Shown here: positions 35,913 through 48,572 of the stretch, piece by piece
How positions within the stretch are numbered: position 1 is the first letter of the stretch
Layout: each line of letters opens with the position of its first letter
DNA from: the human T2T-CHM13v2.0 reference genome, Homo sapiens
Assembly: GCF_009914755.1 (NCBI RefSeq)
Contig: NC_060932.1
Reading direction: 5' to 3' (one strand)
Length of the DNA: 64,000 bases
The notes under the pieces: generated by a model
The model's input: the letters and a program-made list of their open reading frames with translations, nothing else
What the model was told of the DNA's origin: nothing
Database searches by the model: none
Translations under genes and position numbers: made by a program

Positions 35913-37998
35913 CTAAAATGCATTTTGGATTTATTGACAGAACCATTAATTAGTATCTGAAATTCTTATATGGCACAGAGGCAATCATTAGTACAGCAAA
36001 ATGAAAACTGATTCCTACTTCCTGACTTCTGGACAGCAGCTGGGCTGACCTCTCACTTTCATTTCAGAGGATTCTATGAGAGCATTAAATGACCCTGTAG
36101 GAAATGCATGCTACATATCCACTGCTGCTGTGGGCTCAGACATAGGTTTCAGAATGGATGCAGAGAGTTGCTTAAGAAACAACTCAGGGGAAGTAGGAGA
36201 ACGGCTTCCTGGTTTTCTAGTCGATTCTGTTTTTGATCCGAAACAAGGCACAGATAACATGGGGGTACTAGGATTTGTGTTATTTACTTTCAGGGAGCAA
36301 AGTAAACAAAATATAGCATCGTACTTTTCAGCTCAACGCTACTGGCATTGTAGTTGAGTGAGCTTCCCCAAGATATTTTATTTGGTGCTACTGCTTGTAT
36401 TATTATTTTTATTTATTCCCCAGTGTATTTTAAAGAGGTATTAGGGCATTTATGAGGTATTGCTGACATACCTGCCAAGAAGTTTATACATCCCCTCTCC
36501 ATATAAACATACCTGGAGTCCTAAACCCCATCTTTGTGACACTAACAACCTGTCATTAGCTCTTCCTACCTCTGATCTTTCCCCACTAAACCAAGATAAC
36601 AGCAGATCACATACGCACCATTTTCATTGTGGAAGAGCTAATAATAACTCTCCACTAACTTACAAAGTAACTTGAAGCACTTCATAATTTACTGCCCTTT
36701 TGCTAAGGTTTTTCTCTGCTAGTTTTGAATAAACCCCCCTGTCATCTGGAGCAATCTAGTCACCCACTAACATGAATGATCCTTCCAGGCAAGGGGGCCT
36801 TGGGCCAGTGCCTTGGCCATTTTCCCTGTTCTGATGTGGCCTTTGGCTCTTACTGGCCCCTCCTTTCGGGACGGTATCGATGTCCTGTTAAATCCCAACC
36901 ATCTTTCAACACTGACTCATCTCACCCCCTCCATGTAGCATTCCCTTATTTTTGCATTTTTTTCTGTACCTGATAATCATTTAATTGTTTTTGTTCTCTA
37001 AATGTTCCAATCACTCTGTATCTCTGTAATAATATACAGCCATGTCATACAGGATAGAATTTAAGAATAGTTCTCAGTTGATTTTTGATATTTCATTCTA
37101 TGAATGCCTAGCTGGTGTGCTAAGTAGACATAGTTCACTTAACAGTCAGGGATCACATCCCTCCGTTTCCTCTGGGCTCTCATGCTAAGCATCCCAGCAT
37201 CTCCTGGGATGCTGCACTTTGTACACTCTATGTATTGAAACATTGTTTTTCAATAAATAAATGCTAATGCATGGCTGAAGGAATAACAGAGAAGAAAATT
37301 GTGACAAATAAGAGTGAAGAGGAGACAAGAGTGAATAGAAAGTTATAACATAACACGATTTTTCTATCTCTCAAACTGGCCAAAGTTTCTGAATGCGTAT
37401 AGTAAACTGGTCAACAAATATCCTTGAAGCATCAAAAATGCCCACTTGAATTTGAAATTTAAAGACAATCCAGTCAAGAACAGGTAAATAACTTGGTGTT
37501 GTATTACAGAAAAGTAACTCACAATATTCAATAGCCAAGGACCTAGCCAAGAAACTTTGACACCACATTTTACATCAAATTGTCCATAAAAATAAGAGAC
37601 ATGTCACAAGAGAACAAAACCACATAGATTCAGTTAAAACTTCAATATAAATCTTGCTGTGGGGACCCTGTGATTCCCTGCACAAAATAGAAGCAGCTCC
37701 TTAAAACAGCGGGGCTAGGATGCCAGTGATGCTCTTGATCAAGCGGCTAGCTACCTGGGTGGCCACAGGTTAACATAACAAAAGATGCTCAGCCAATTTC
37801 TTAATTTCTCTACTAAAATTGTTCTAGGACATTTTTTTCATCATCTTTGATTACAGCAGGTATACCAGATAACATGCAAAAAGACACAGGATGTGACTCC
37901 TCAGGATTAAGAAAACATCCATTGCTAAATAACTGTGCTCTCAGAAAAGGAAGTAATTATAATTGTGTTAATTTCAGTAGGTTTAAATAGATGTAATG

Positions 37999-38339
37999 CA
38001 GACAATGCCTAATTTAGGATGGTTCAACTCATGTCTTTTTGACTTTATGATGGTGTGAAAGTGATACACATTCAGTAGAATCTAAACTTCAAATTTTAAA
38101 CTTTGATCTGTTCTGGGCTAGCGGTATGTGGTACTCTCCTGGGATGCTGGACAGTGGCAGCGAGCCACAGAACCCAGTCAGCCACATGATCAGGAGGGAA
38201 AATAGCCCAACTTTACAGTGTAAGTGGTGTAAATTTATAACTGGCATATTCCTACAAAAGGCCCATTTTTGACTTGTAATATTTTTAACTTATTGTGGGT
38301 TTACCAGAAGATAACACTGTCATAAGTGGGGAGGCACTG
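37999..38339 (-). mobile_element. MER47B-like TcMar-Tigger element
   Basis: gactttatgatggtgtgaaagtgatacacattcagtagaa and ggcagcgagccacagaacccagtcagcc motifs. Confidence 0.75.
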
Positions 38340-38346
38340 CACTTAC

Positions 38347-38415
38347 CTGCATAGCTATCCTCTTCAATGATGCATGTTTCTGGACCTCAGCAATGTCACC
38401 AACTGCCAAACCAAT
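38347..38415 (-). pseudogene. TRPA2P: TRPA1-like exon 24 (S6 end/TRP helix), intact
   Basis: catacttcag|IGLAVGDIAEVQKHASLKRIAMQ|gtaagt; 69 bp. Confidence 0.96.
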
Positions 38416-38480
38416 CTGAAGTATGACACAAAATTAAATCACTACAGTTGAATGGTCCACCTAAAAATGCATGTAAGGTC

Positions 38481-38846
38481 TGTCTTAGTCCATTCAGACT
38501 GCTATGACAAAATATTTTAGTCTGGGTAATGTATAAATAGCATAAGTTAATTGCTTACAGTTCTGCAGGCTGGGAAGTCCAAAATCAAGACTCAGGCAGA
38601 ACTGGTTTCCGGTGAGAGCCCATTCCTCGTAGGTGGCACCTTCTATGTGTTCCCGTATGGCAGAAGGGCAAAGAAGCTAATAAGCTCCCTCATAGCTCTT
38701 TTATAAGGGAACTAATTCCATTCATAAGGGCTCTCCCCTCATGGCCTAATCACCTCCCAAAGGCCCCACCTTCTAATGCCATCTTCTTGGTGATTAGGTT
38801 TCTATATATACATTTTGGATGGGACATAAAAATTCAAACCATAGCA
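38481..38846 (-). mobile_element. MLT1A-like solo LTR
   Basis: tgtcttagtcc...caaaccatagca termini; 4/5 TSD aggtc/aggcc. Confidence 0.85.
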
Positions 38847-39757
38847 AGGCCTCTGTGGCTAAAGTGGGAGAGTGGGCATATGATCTACTAGTAGTAGCTG
38901 CAGAATACTTTGGTAATACACCTTACAGAAAACTACAAAGCCTATATACCTCTGCAACAATGACGGACACATTCAGAGGTTCAGTACTCTTAAGTGTTAA
39001 GACACACACATTAATCTGAAATTCATTTCATTTAAGATAAAAATCTGTTTTGTTTTATTTGGTTTTTTTTTTGCAAGGACAAGGATGATGTGATATTACA
39101 TGCAATTGGGTGTGGCCACACAACATGGCAGGAAACTCCAGGAGTTTAGTAACTAAGGTAGACAAGAGCGATTTAACAACATGGAAACAAATACTAAACT
39201 GAGAGAATGATACATTTTATATCTTGTATATGTTCAGAAGGAAAACAGATATTATAGGGGCAGGAGAGGCTCTGGTAAGAAACCAGAAATTTATGGCTAG
39301 ATAGGATTAGGTGGGGGGAAGGTGTTAGCTCAGTTCTACTCAATCTGATGAATTAGCTCATTTCACTCACTCATTTATTTTTCAGGCACTTAGTTCCTGT
39401 CTTTGCTGAGCCAGTGTCTTGCATGCTGCACCAGAAAGAAAAGTCAGTGACTGCTCTTGAGGAGCTCAAAGTCCAGTAAACCATATGTGAAAAGTGATCT
39501 GTCAAGGTCATCACTGTATGCCCAGTGCTTAGTATAGAGCAGGGCACATAATAGGTAAACAAAACAGTCACAGAATGAATGAAGACAGGGAGAATATATT
39601 CTAGGGCTTGCAAACTAGCATTGAGAACTGGATATAGTCAGGAAATAGGTTTTACTGGGCAGAATAACTTTTGTTTGGTTTTTCATTTGCAAGTCTTCAG
39701 CTGGGTATTCTCACCGATTTACAACAGTCGCCATCAAAACCAAACATCTCTGATTTT

Positions 39758-40057
39758 TGCCAGGCGTGGCAGCTCACATTTGTAATCTCAGCACTTTGGG
39801 AGGCTGAAGTGGGAGGATCACTTGAGCCCTGGACTTCCAGACCAGCCTGAGCAACACAGTGAAACCCTCTCTCTACAAAAATACAAAAATTACCTGGGCA
39901 TGGTGGTGAGCACCTGTAGTTGCAGCTACTAGGTTGGCTGAGGTGGGAGGATCATCTGAGACTGGGAGGTAGAAGCTTCAGTGAGCCATGATCACTCCAC
40001 TGCACTCCAGCCTGGGTCACAGACTGAAACCCTGTCTCAAAAAAAAAAAAAAAAAAA
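39758..40057 (+). mobile_element. AluJ
   Basis: gggaggatcacttgagccc and aggtgggaggatcatctgag J-type motifs; poly-A tail. Confidence 0.92.
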
Positions 40058-40299
40058 TACCCAAAGCTAACCATCTCATACCTGCTGCTTCACATATTTT
40101 AGATACTTGCCTGGGGTCTGAAGACATTTGAACTTGTAAGCCATAGAAGAGATCAATTATTAACTTTTAATGGTCACTAACATTTATCAAATGCTTATCA
40201 TGTGCCAAGTACTGTTTTAAGTCCCTTGTATTAGCTGATTTAATCTTTGCAATAATCTAGAAAGTAGGCTTCATTATTATTATCTGTTTGTATCCTCAA

Positions 40300-41010
40300 A
40301 GCTATGGTAACACAAGGAAAGAGCACCCAATAGAGTAAGGTAATTGGAAGTCTACCCCAAAGAAATGATACTTGTGCTGTTTTGAAAGCGTAGCGTTAAC
40401 CCATGGTGGGAGGATTTCCAGGCAAAAGGAAGAGCCTCTACAGAGTGTAGGCAGCATGAAGGAAAGAGTGGCACACTCAGGGAATGTGCATTTCTGGGTA
40501 AATCCTGGGAACAGTAGGAATTGGGTAAGATATAGGTAAATCCAGCTCATAGGGACATTTGCCTGCTATGCTGATGGGTTTGGACTGAATTAAAGCTTTT
40601 GAAGAGGCATGGAAAAAATACTTAAAAGAGTCACTGATGGGTTCAGTTTTTAATTATCAGATGGTCACTCTGGTGACCATTTGTAGGAAGAATTAGACAA
40701 AGCAGTGTGATAAGGTAGAGATGCTCTTGAGGCTGCTGCATCAATTTGGATGAGGAACCGTAACAGTCCAAGCCAACTGGAAGCAGATGTGAAAGCCAAA
40801 GAATTACTGAAAGAACTGATGAAAAACGTGGGAGAGTGAAATAGAGACTATCTGCCAATGATCTTAGTAGGATGACTAGGAGATTCTACTGAGAGGCAGT
40901 GGAGATTCTGAAGGAAAGATAACATTAGTCTTGGCTCTGTTGGTTTTGATTTTCCACCAGGATATCCAGGTAGAGATGCACAGTGGGTGTTGGATGTTTG
41001 GATCTTCAGA
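40300..41010 (-). mobile_element. L2 fragment
   Basis: ccaggcaaaaggaagagc...ggcagcatgaagg and gatatccaggtagagatgcacagtgggtgttggat motifs. Confidence 0.55.
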
Positions 41011-41589
41011 ATGGGGCCAACCTGTACTACTGCTAAGCCCAATTCTCTTCTGGATAATTATCTCCCAAAACATAAACAATTATCAGAGAACAATGTAGGC
41101 TTTGTGTCATTCTCCATTATTCCTATTGCCATCCTTTGTTTTTCTAGGTCACCAAAATAAAACTCTGGAGTTGTATCAAATAAGTGGACCAAAATACTTA
41201 CGAGCCTGCATAATTTTTTTCTTTCCAGAAGCACTAACTAGCACATTCTCTGGTACATAGTCAGACTCAGAGAAAGTGTGTGGAATACGTACATGTGTGC
41301 ATAAATGGATAAAGGAAAAACAGGCATGAAAATGCCAATAAGCAACCACCACAGACCTAGAGTGGGATGCACCTTTGCCTGCATCAGCCAGCATGCTCAT
41401 GGCTTGGGCAGATTCTCTAGAGAATTCCATGTGGAAGGGCACTCTCATGTCTGCTGATAGGGTCTAGGCTTTGGCAGGGTTCAGGGTGGCATCTGAACGT
41501 TGCAGACGCCCTTTGCATGAGAGACTTCTCCACTTGGATGTCTGGTCAATGGTAAATTTGAGCATAGAGACAATATGTTCCGTAAAGGT

Positions 41590-41920
41590 CTCTGCCTAAC
41601 CTCTGACCCCCTCTCCAACTCCAAAGCATCACACACCTTCATCTTTATTGCCTTTCCCTGCTTCTTATTTCTTCATAGCATTTATCACCCCCATGACATT
41701 ATGCTACACAGTTATTTGTTTATTTAACTTCCTGACTATTTTGTAATCACACTAGGACTGAATATTGGTCTGCTTTCTTCAACACTGTTTCCCAGAACTT
41801 GCAACAGTTCATGGTATTTAGTAGATTCTCGGTATTTGCCAAGTGCATGCATCTGTGCACGCCCTGAGCCTCTTGATGTGCCTGGTGCTCCCCAGGCACC
41901 AAATGAGTGTTGAATGAATA
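41590..41920 (+). mobile_element. L2 3' end
   Basis: ttcttcatagcatttatcacc...tgttgaatgaata. Confidence 0.65.
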
Positions 41921-42043
41921 GATTTTGTGGTAGATCCTTTCTCATCTCCCCAGTGGAGGGAGATTAAAGAAGTTAAAAATAATTATCATTATGAAATGTT
42001 TCAAATGATCAATGAACAGAAAATACATGAAAAAACTACTTAC

Positions 42044-42226
42044 AAGTAAATTCATGAGGACAATTGGGGCAAATACTGTGAAGGAAATAAGCTGTGCAAA
42101 GGACAGAACTGGATGTGCCAATTTATTCTTCAGAAATGGTTCTAGGAAGGACTCTCAATAATTGATATTTCCTTGTATCATGCTGAAGGTCTGTATTATA
42201 GACAGCAATGGAGAACTAAAGGCATC
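42044..42226 (-). pseudogene. TRPA2P: TRPA1-like exon 23 (pore helices, S6) with stop (R919*)
   Basis: DAFSSPLLSIIQTFSMIQGNINY*ESFLEPFLKNKLAHPVLSFAQLISFTVFAPIVLMNLL; TGA at 42155-42157; 183 bp. Confidence 0.96.
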
Positions 42227-42329
42227 CTGAAATGCGAGGTGTATACAATGAAAAAATGTTTCCTGGAGAGTAGAATTCTGAAAAAATGTTTCAGAATACT
42301 TTTTAAAATTCAGAGGTATGCAGTGATAA

Positions 42330-42642
<313 letters not shown>

Positions 42643-42808
42643 TGATTTTTCTAAAATCATTTGAAAGATATAGCAGATGAAAAAAACTAAAGTATTAAAA
42701 TACTGTTGTTATGTAATTATAAATTTTCTAGACTATTTAGATTTACATATAAATGTATATTTCCATAATTCACAGTGATAAAATCAACTACTGATACAAC
42801 TGCCTTAC

Positions 42809-42938
42809 CTGTAAATTCAGGAGGACGTAAAAGCTGAGTCCAAAAGCCAAAAGAAGGAAGAAAAATACAACTGCAGACCTCAACAAAGTTTTAAAAATTA
42901 CCTCCAATATAACAATGAAAATTCCACAATTCTCAAAT
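42809..42938 (-). pseudogene. TRPA2P: TRPA1-like exon 22 (S4-S5 linker, S5), open
   Basis: ttttcctag|FENCGIFIVILEVIFKTLLRSAVVFFFLLLAFGLSFYVLLNLQ|gtaagg; 130 bp. Confidence 0.96.
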
Positions 42939-43152
42939 CTAGGAAAATGAAAAAATAAAATATATACTCACTTTTGTGGTCAAAGTGTATCCATACAGCG
43001 AAACCATCGTGTATTAAATCAGGTATTAGATTTCATAGATGAGATCATTGAGGCCAATTATTTTGAAAAAGAAAACATTAATTGAATAATCATATCTCAT
43101 TTTCAATGTGTTAATCAAATTTATTTTTTCTTACTATTAATGTTATCTAGTT

Positions 43153-43439
43153 TTGGATCCAAGATCTTGCTTTATCACCCAGGTTGGAGTGCAGAGGTGT
43201 GATCATGGCTCACTACAACTCTGACCTCCGAGGTTCAGGTGATCCTCCTGTCTTAGCTTCCCAAGTAGCTGGGACCACAAGTGTGTGCCATCAAACCTGG
43301 CTGATTATTGCATTTTTTTTGTAGAGAAAGGATTTTGCCATGTTGCCCATGCTGGTCTCAAACTCCTGGTCTCAAGCAATCAGCCGACCTCGGCCTTTCA
43401 AAGTGCTGGGATTACAAGGGTGAGCCACTGCGCCTGGCC
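43153..43439 (-). mobile_element. AluJ
   Basis: gatcatggctcactacaact and ctcaagcaatc J-type motifs. Confidence 0.88.
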
Positions 43440-44019
43440 CTAAGGTTATCTTAAATCATTTTACCGCTTGGCAACTGGACATTACTTCAACTGAAGTAGG
43501 CGAGAAAAATAACAGCTTCCCAATATCAAAGAAGATGCTACCAAATTGGTAATAAAGAAATTAGAGAGGTAAATGGTGTGCTACATCAAGCAGAGATTAA
43601 CTGAGTTCATGAACTGGAAGACACCTAATGCAGGGTACACAACATATGATTTGTATTTGATCCTTTTATCTCCTTCAGTTTTCTTTTCTACCCACTGCAT
43701 CCTATATTGGGAAATGTCTGGATAAATAATGGGTTTGTCATCTGGCCACTAACTTGTACTTTGCATTTGGCAAAGACAACTTGTTAAAAGAGGAAATCAC
43801 AATACTATAAAGCTGAAAGGGACTTCAGCTAAGTTCACAGAGATGCCTAGTAACTCACTAAAGCCACTAATAATGACAGAGCCAAGGGTGTGACAGTGTC
43901 TGAACCTGCCTTAAATCCTCTTATTCCTTAGCCACTGCCTTTGTTACCATACCATGTCCTCTCCAAGAGGACACACTCAACTTTGTGCCACTGTGCTCCT
44001 GACACAGTAATGCAGACGA

Positions 44020-44215
44020 TATGGTAGAAAAAGTACGCCCCCTGGAGTCAGAAAGACTTTGATTAAATACCTATGTAGTGAATGAATAGCTGAGATCTTC
44101 AGCAAGTTACTGAACTCAGTGCTTCAGCTTCTTTTAGACAATGCGAGTAACAACATTGGCCTCGAGTAACAACATTGGCCTCGTTATTGGAAAGATTATG
44201 TGAAATAACATGAAA
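44020..44215. mobile_element. MIR with internal 19-bp tandem duplication
   Basis: ctggagtcagaaagac...agcaagttactgaac; cgagtaacaacattggcct twice at 44144-44181. Confidence 0.65.
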
Positions 44216-44433
44216 CTTTCAGAGGCTGGGGAACTCAACCTTTTTTCCTTCTCTAGAATTAAATTATTTAGGCTTATTTTTTCTTTTATACCACTTCGAT
44301 TCCACATACTATCTATCAGTTCACTTTGACTGTTTTAATGCAAAGTAAATGCTTACATATAATATCAGGTAAAACAAGAATAGCCAACACTTTTCCCACT
44401 TACTTACCCCATTTAATCTAGATTTGTCTAAAC

Positions 44434-44879
44434 CAATGTTCTTGACCTGGGCTCATTTGGTACCCAGGAGACATCTGGCATTGTCTGCATACATTTTTGG
44501 TTGTCACAACTGGAGTGGGATGGATGCTACTGGTATGTAGTGGGTAGAAGCCAGGAGCCAGGAATGCTGCTAAGCGTTTTAAATTATACAAGACAGTCCC
44601 CCTCTACAAAAAAAAAAGAATAAGAAGAAAGAGAAGGAGAAGGAGAAAGAAGAAGAAGAAGAAGAAGAAGAAGAAGAGGAAGAGGAAGAAGAAGAAGAGG
44701 AAGAGGAAGAAGAAGAAGAAGAAGAAGAAGAAGAAGAAGAAGAAGAAGAAGAAGAAGAAGAAGAAGAAAAGAAAGAAAGAAAGAGAAAGGAGGGAAGGGG
44801 AGGGGAGGGAAGGGAAGGGAAGGGAGGAAAAAAATTATCTGGCCACAAAGAACAACAGTGCCGAGTTTGAGAAACCCTG
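44434..44879. mobile_element. MER20 (hAT-Charlie) split by a purine repeat expansion
   Basis: catttttggttgtcacaactgg...gctactggtatgtagtgggtagaagccagg...ttgagaaaccctg. Confidence 0.85.
44608..44833 (+). repeat. A-run, (GAA/GAG)n and (GGGAA)-like homopurine tract
   Basis: About 225 nt of almost pure purines; about 40 GAA/GAG triplets at 44648-44768. Confidence 0.97.
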
Positions 44880-45060
44880 GTCTACATTCTGAACTCTGGA
44901 ATCATGCTCCAGCCTTTCCTTAATAGGGCATAAAAAATTCTTCACATTTTGAAACAACTGGAAAAGGAATAAGCCAGTTTCAAATGTACACCACTTACAA
45001 TAGTTTTTCTTTTGATATTAAAAATGCTTAAAGATGGGGAAATCATTAAAGCTTTTTTAC

Positions 45061-45230
45061 CTTCAAAGACACAATAAGAAATTAATCCAATAAAAATAAA
45101 CCACGATTGCTCCACATTGCCACTGCAGATGGGCTGCTATTTCAGTGAACAAGGGCAGCACTAAAATGGGGCCCATCGTGTTGATAATCCATTCAGTACT
45201 ACTGCTAATATCCATAAAGTAATTCCTTTT
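45061..45230 (-). pseudogene. TRPA2P: TRPA1-like exon 21 (S3-S4) with stop (Q851*)
   Basis: KRNYFMDISSSTEWIINTMGPILVLPLFTEIAAHLQWQCGAIVVYFYWINFLLCL*R; TGA at 45063-45065; 170 bp. Confidence 0.96.
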
Positions 45231-46340
45231 CTGGGATAGAAAAGAATAAAAAATTACCACATATAGAGACCTTGCATCTGTGGATGATTATATACATGTA
45301 CCCAGTAATAAAATTTTTCTAGCTTTACAGCTATCTGGGGAGAAGTTTAGGACCAAGGAGTAACCTCATGCCATCCTGGATTGACTTCAGAGCCCTTGGG
45401 GTATAGATCGGTGTTGGAGATGGCCCAGAGTCCTCTGTTAACCTGGTGTTATGGGAGTCTGTTGCCTAAGGAAATCCTACAAATTGCTGGGCTTTCCTTG
45501 TGGAGACCACTCTGCAATGATAAAAATGCAAAGCATTATTATCATCAAATTTATAAATGCAAATATCTATGTGTTTACACGATGCAACAAAGAAAATTTT
45601 CACACAAAGTGAGGTGTTGTATAAAAGATGTATGATTTATAAAAATAATATTCATGAAAATATACAAAAAAATTATAAAAGACTTTCAACCTCCATACTG
45701 AGAAATGAAGGATCCATACCATTTATCAACCAAAGGAAGGACCTATACATAATTTATATACTTGGTTCTGATCTGAACTTGGCTCACTCATTAAAAAAAT
45801 AGAAGATAAAGTAAAAATTATGCTATAAAAAGTTCCAAAATTGTATTAAAACTTGGAATTTTATTTAAAAGGAAAAATTTCTGTTAGAATTCAAAGACAG
45901 ACCCATTTGAAATGGAGTCTTGGGCTAGATAACTTCTTTATAAACTTTTACATTAAAAATTATCAAGTTCAAAATCTAACCATTATGTTAGCAAAATCTT
46001 TAAAAACTATGTAAGAGGAAAGACAGAAAAGTCACTCATAATAACCAAAAGGTCACCCATAATAACCATGTGTAGCCAGACAGATCTTTATGGACCAGTA
46101 AAAGTGGAACATCTCTTTTATAGATATATATAGATATATCAAACAGGCAGTGACCTTACCCAAAATCATGTGATTTCTACATTTTGAAACATTTATGCTT
46201 GGTATTTCTAATCTATATGTTAGTCAAGCTATGTGAATTTATTATGACACAGTATTATCTCAAGTAACAGCTTATCAATTAATTTATGTTCTGAATATTA
46301 AAATATTTGCAACTTTAGACATACAAAATGTATTTCATAC

Positions 46341-46430
46341 CTGTTGGAAAATTTGAACCACTTCTTTGACATACCCTAATATACTTGAGCAAAAAACTAA
46401 AATCATACAAATTGTTATTAGACTTGAATT
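46341..46430 (-). pseudogene. TRPA2P: TRPA1-like exon 20 (S2), open
   Basis: tttgttttag|NSSLITICMILVFCSSILGYVKEVVQIFQQ|gtatga; 90 bp. Confidence 0.94.
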
Positions 46431-46694
46431 CTAAAACAAAAAAGGGTAAGATACATAGTTACGAGGATATAAAACACTTCAACATTTCCAAAATTTTCAC
46501 TATTAAATTTTTTACTTATTTTGCTTAATTTATACTGTCTACATTTGCGTTAAACAGAAAATTTAAATGATGCAAATACTCATATAATTTACTAGAGATG
46601 AACACACCCACATTTCATAATGTCCTTATTAAGAGAAGTTCAAAAATTGCCAATGGAACTATAAAAGAATATGAATCTGTAGACCTACATAAAA

Positions 46695-46945
46695 TTTTTA
46701 TTGTGGTAAAATACATATATAAAATTTACCATTTTAAAATTGTTACATTTTACATGTATATTTACATTTTAAAATATAAAATTCAGTGGCAATAAGTGTA
46801 TTCACAATGTTATACCACCATCACCATTATCTGGTTCCATAACTTTTTCATCTTTTCAAATGGAAATCACATACCTACAAAGCATCTCTCCCCATTCCCA
46901 TGCCCCACTTTCCCTGACAACTACGAATGTGCTTTCTTGTAGACC
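46695..46945 (-). mobile_element. L1MB-like 3' end
   Basis: tttttattgtggtaaaatacatat...attcagtggcaataagtgtattcacaatgtt. Confidence 0.7.
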
Positions 46946-47219
46946 TATTTTAAAGTTATACACTTCAGCATTTAAGCTAGCATCTAAAAATGCCAATTCC
47001 TTTTAAATTAGTTTATAAAATCATTTATTGACCTGTTTGTTTATATTCTCTCTTATTCTACAAAGGATTTTAGAAGAAATTCATACCATATACAAATTTT
47101 TACAGGCTATCTATAGTAATCAAAGTTTTGATATTTCAGATTTATTATGGTTTAGTATTCTTAAGAAAAAATACACTTTTTATAATCCTGTATTTTAAAA
47201 AGTCAAAATTTGAAATTAC

Positions 47220-47382
47220 CATGTTATCTAGTATTTCTGAATGATCACTAGTTTTATTGATGATTCCAGCAGAGTTGAAAGCCATTCCTGGTTTTATTCT
47301 GACAACAAGAAAGGTCATTGGTATGAGACCAAGACAGTAAAATCCTAGATTTATCATATGGGCTATAAATCCGTAAGCCAAC
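47220..47382 (-). pseudogene. TRPA2P: TRPA1-like exon 19 (S1 and S1-S2 loop), open
   Basis: LAYGFIAHMINLGFYCLGLIPMTFLVVRIKPGMAFNSAGIINKTSDHSEILDNM inside ORF 47145..47426; AG/GT intact; 163 bp. Confidence 0.96.
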
Positions 47383-48028
47383 CTACAAAAAAAATAAGCA
47401 AACCAGAATTGAGTTGTTTTAAACAAAAATATTTACTTCAGATACCTGTGGGAAAAGTGGTAGTAATCTCTTTCAGAAACCTAGTTTGGAAATTCACTGA
47501 AGTTTAAAATCAAGTAAATCTTCTAATTCACCTTTTTCATTTTCAGAGAAGGAATCTCAAGTTCTGAGGAAATTATGACTTCACAAATTAATGAAAGAGT
47601 AGGATCTTTAGCCCACATAATCCGAAACCAAGATGAACGCTCTTCCCAGAACACACCTCTCACTTCTATGTCCACTACACTGTAGGCTTCAGAGTGCCTC
47701 TCCATGTTTGACATAATAATTCCTTCCCATTCCCCAAATATTCAATTTAATGTTAAAGATAAACAAATTGTAGGCTCTAGGAAGTTTCTTCATGTCTTAC
47801 ATAGTAATTTTCTCCCACCTCCTAAATAATTCATTTAATGATAAAGGTAAACAATGCCAGTATTTCAATACCAATATTTGCCTTTGATGCTTATTCTTTT
47901 TAAAGTGTAAAACATTAAAATAACAAAATCAAAAACATTAAAATACCACTAAAACATAATTGTTTTGAAGATTTTTAAATAGATTCAATAGGCACAGCAT
48001 TAAACAATAAATACTACTTAATATCCAG

Positions 48029-48099
48029 CATTTCATGAGTAAATACTCATTACACACAGGATGATGGAGAAGCTCTGTGCAGTTATATTGTAACACTGC
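48029..48099 (-). pseudogene. TRPA2P: TRPA1-like exon 18, donor lost (CT instead of GT)
   Basis: ctttatttctgag|AVLQYNCTELLHHPVCNEYLLMK(W)|ctggat; 71 bp. Confidence 0.9.
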
Positions 48100-48572
48100 C
48101 TCAGAAATAAAGAGTAATAAAAATACAATAATAATAAATTACTGAGTATAAACTAATATTTTTATTGTCTGGCTTTATAACTTTATTTTGATATTGTAAA
48201 AGTGACACTTATTTTTGAAAATTGGAAAAATTAAAAATTACATCAAGATAAAAAAACAGAGAACCATTTCACGCAAGTACAATTATTTGACACAGTTTGT
48301 CACTTTAGATGCCTGACTGCTAGAGGTAACATAAGGTTTTTAATCTTATATAGGGTTACAACAGGAAATGACATTAAAGGTAAATTATCAAGAGTTATAT
48401 CCTCATTCTGTCCATGAAGGAATTCAGGCTTATCCTTCCAGAAAGTTTTTATATAGTAGAATACACATAAATATTTGTTAAGTTAAATCTAGACTATAAA
48501 TTTTCATTAGAATTATTTGTAACTACTAGTATTTATTTAAAAATTGGTTTTTAATTATTCAAGAAATACATA

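Noticed and set aside
44579-44848. Poly-serine ORF
   Set aside because: Translation of the TTC repeat
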